Positions 62,969 through 64,000 of a DNA stretch of 64,000 nt are shown here, in pieces. Position 1 is the first letter of the stretch. Each line of letters opens with the position of its first letter. Position numbers and translations under genes: made by a program. Origin of the DNA: Euryarchaeota archaeon RBG_16_67_27 (lineage in GTDB: Archaea; Thermoplasmatota; Thermoplasmata; RBG-16-68-12); contig MGVZ01000029.1 in the NCBI GenBank assembly GCA_001800745.1, positions 9,133 through 73,132 on the forward strand. Direction: 5' to 3'. The notes beneath the pieces are model-generated. The model made no database searches and was not told the DNA's origin. It saw only the letters and a list, made by a program, of their open reading frames with translations.

Positions 62969-63781
62969 GTGGCGGATTCCGATCCCCGGCAGGTCCTTGC
63001 CCAGCTCGGCGTTCGGGCGAGGAAGGGTCTCGGCCAGCACTTCCTCGTCGACACGCGGGTCGCGGAGCGTCAGCTCGCGTACGCCCGGCTCACACCGTCG
63101 GACGTCGTCCTCGAGATCGGCCCGGGTCTCGGCGTCCTAACGCGCCGGCTCGCGGAGCGCGCGAAGCGCGTCATCGCCATCGAGGCGGACCGGCGCCTCG
63201 CAGAGTACCTGCGCGGCGCGGTCCCGGACGCGGAGATCGTCCTCGCGGACGCCCTCCGGGTCGACTGGCCCGCGTTCGACGTGATGGTCTCGAACCTCCC
63301 CTACGGGATCTCCTCACCCGTGACGTTCAAGCTGCTCGATGAGCCGTTCGACCGAGCCGTCCTCATGTACCAGTGGGAGTTCGCGAAGCGGATGGTCGCG
63401 AAGCCGGGCACGTCGGACTACTCCCGTCTCAGTGTCGGCGTGTACCGTCGAGCCGCGTGCGACATCCTCGAGCGGGTGCCGCGGAACGCGTTCCGGCCTC
63501 AGCCCCGAGTGGACTCCGCCCTCGTCCGGCTGGCCCCTCGCCCATCTCCGTTCCCCGTGTCCGACCCGCGACTGTACGACGCGCTCGTCGACGCCCTGTT
63601 CGGGCACCGGCGGAAGACCGTGGAGAACGGCCTTCGGCTCTCCTGGCGGTCGTTCGCCCCTTCGGAGGCGGCCCTCGAGGCGCTCCTCCCGAGGCTCCCG
63701 TATCGAGGTCGCCGGGTCGAGGAGCTCCGGCCCGAGGACCTCTCCCTCCTTGCCGACGCGATTGCCGGGCCGAAAGGTTAA
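62969..63781 (+). CDS. rsmA: 16S rRNA adenine dimethyltransferase KsgA/Dim1
   Basis: LGQHFL, VLEIGPGLG, SNLPYGISSP, YSRLSV, PQPRVDSA. Confidence 0.95.
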   Translation: MADSDPRQVLAQLGVRARKGLGQHFLVDTRVAERQLAYARLTPSDVVLEIGPGLGVLTRRLAERAKRVIAIEADRRLAEYLRGAVPDAEIVLADALRVDWPAFDVMVSNLPYGISSPVTFKLLDEPFDRAVLMYQWEFAKRMVAKPGTSDYSRLSVGVYRRAACDILERVPRNAFRPQPRVDSALVRLAPRPSPFPVSDPRLYDALVDALFGHRRKTVENGLRLSWRSFAPSEAALEALLPRLPYRGRRVEELRPEDLSLLADAIAGPKG

Positions 63782-63826
63782 TGTCGCGACCCCGATTGAC
63801 CGCACTCCACCTTCTCGGGGGGCCGC

Positions 63827-64000
63827 ATGGTCCGGAAGAAGAGCCTTTCTGAACTGGAGAAGGCGGAGATCAGGCTCGAGAGCCTCCTCGAGAAGCGGGA
63901 CGCCCTGAACCGGGAGGCCCATCTGCTCCGCCAGGAGCGGGACCTCGTCCACGAGAAGAAGCGAGAGCTCGGCGCGAGGTTCCGCGAGCTCAAGGACGCG
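63827..64000 (+). CDS. Archaeal coiled-coil protein (COG1340-like), N-terminal part
   Basis: MVRKKSLSELEKAEIRLESLLEKRDALNREAHLLRQERDLVHEKK, open to the window end. Confidence 0.7.
   Translation, partial: MVRKKSLSELEKAEIRLESLLEKRDALNREAHLLRQERDLVHEKKRELGARFRELKDA

Overview
Core-genome segment (GC about 70%) of an archaeon, most plausibly a free-living Thermoplasmatota. That placement is an inference from gyrB/gyrA, PolD DP2, an unsplit RpoB, split RpoA'/A'', a stand-alone 5S gene and tandem ftsZ before secE-spt5. Gene content: gyrase; a cysteine cluster (cysS, cystathionine gamma-lyase, cystathionine beta-synthase, tRNA-Cys); ftsZ-ftsZ-secE-spt5; rpl11-rpl1-rpl10-rpl12; RaSEA; a glycosylation locus; PolD; KaiC/RAD55 plus a wHTH regulator plus a 1534-aa trans-envelope protein; prepilin peptidase; a Rab-like GTPase; a tungstate ABC transporter; the RNA polymerase operon; an SNF2/YqhG-like pair; and rsmA. 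No mobile element or CRISPR array was seen. The strongest signals lie in stable RNA genes that the ORF track does not show. (1) A 5S rRNA of about 231 nt carries a structured insertion of about 100 nt, most of which folds into a tRNA-sized cloverleaf. (2) A tRNA-Lys(UUU) gene is split by three BHB-type introns (20/21, 37/38, 59/60). (3) A tRNA-Cys has A73 instead of the near-universal U73 and lies near a CysRS with altered catalytic motifs. Also notable: a 108-nt rod-like hairpin element, an Spt5 fused to an Ig-like domain, and membrane-anchored proteins with cytoplasmic SAP, HhH or Zn-ribbon modules. Two single-T frameshifts look like sequencing errors, so single-base claims need read-level confirmation.
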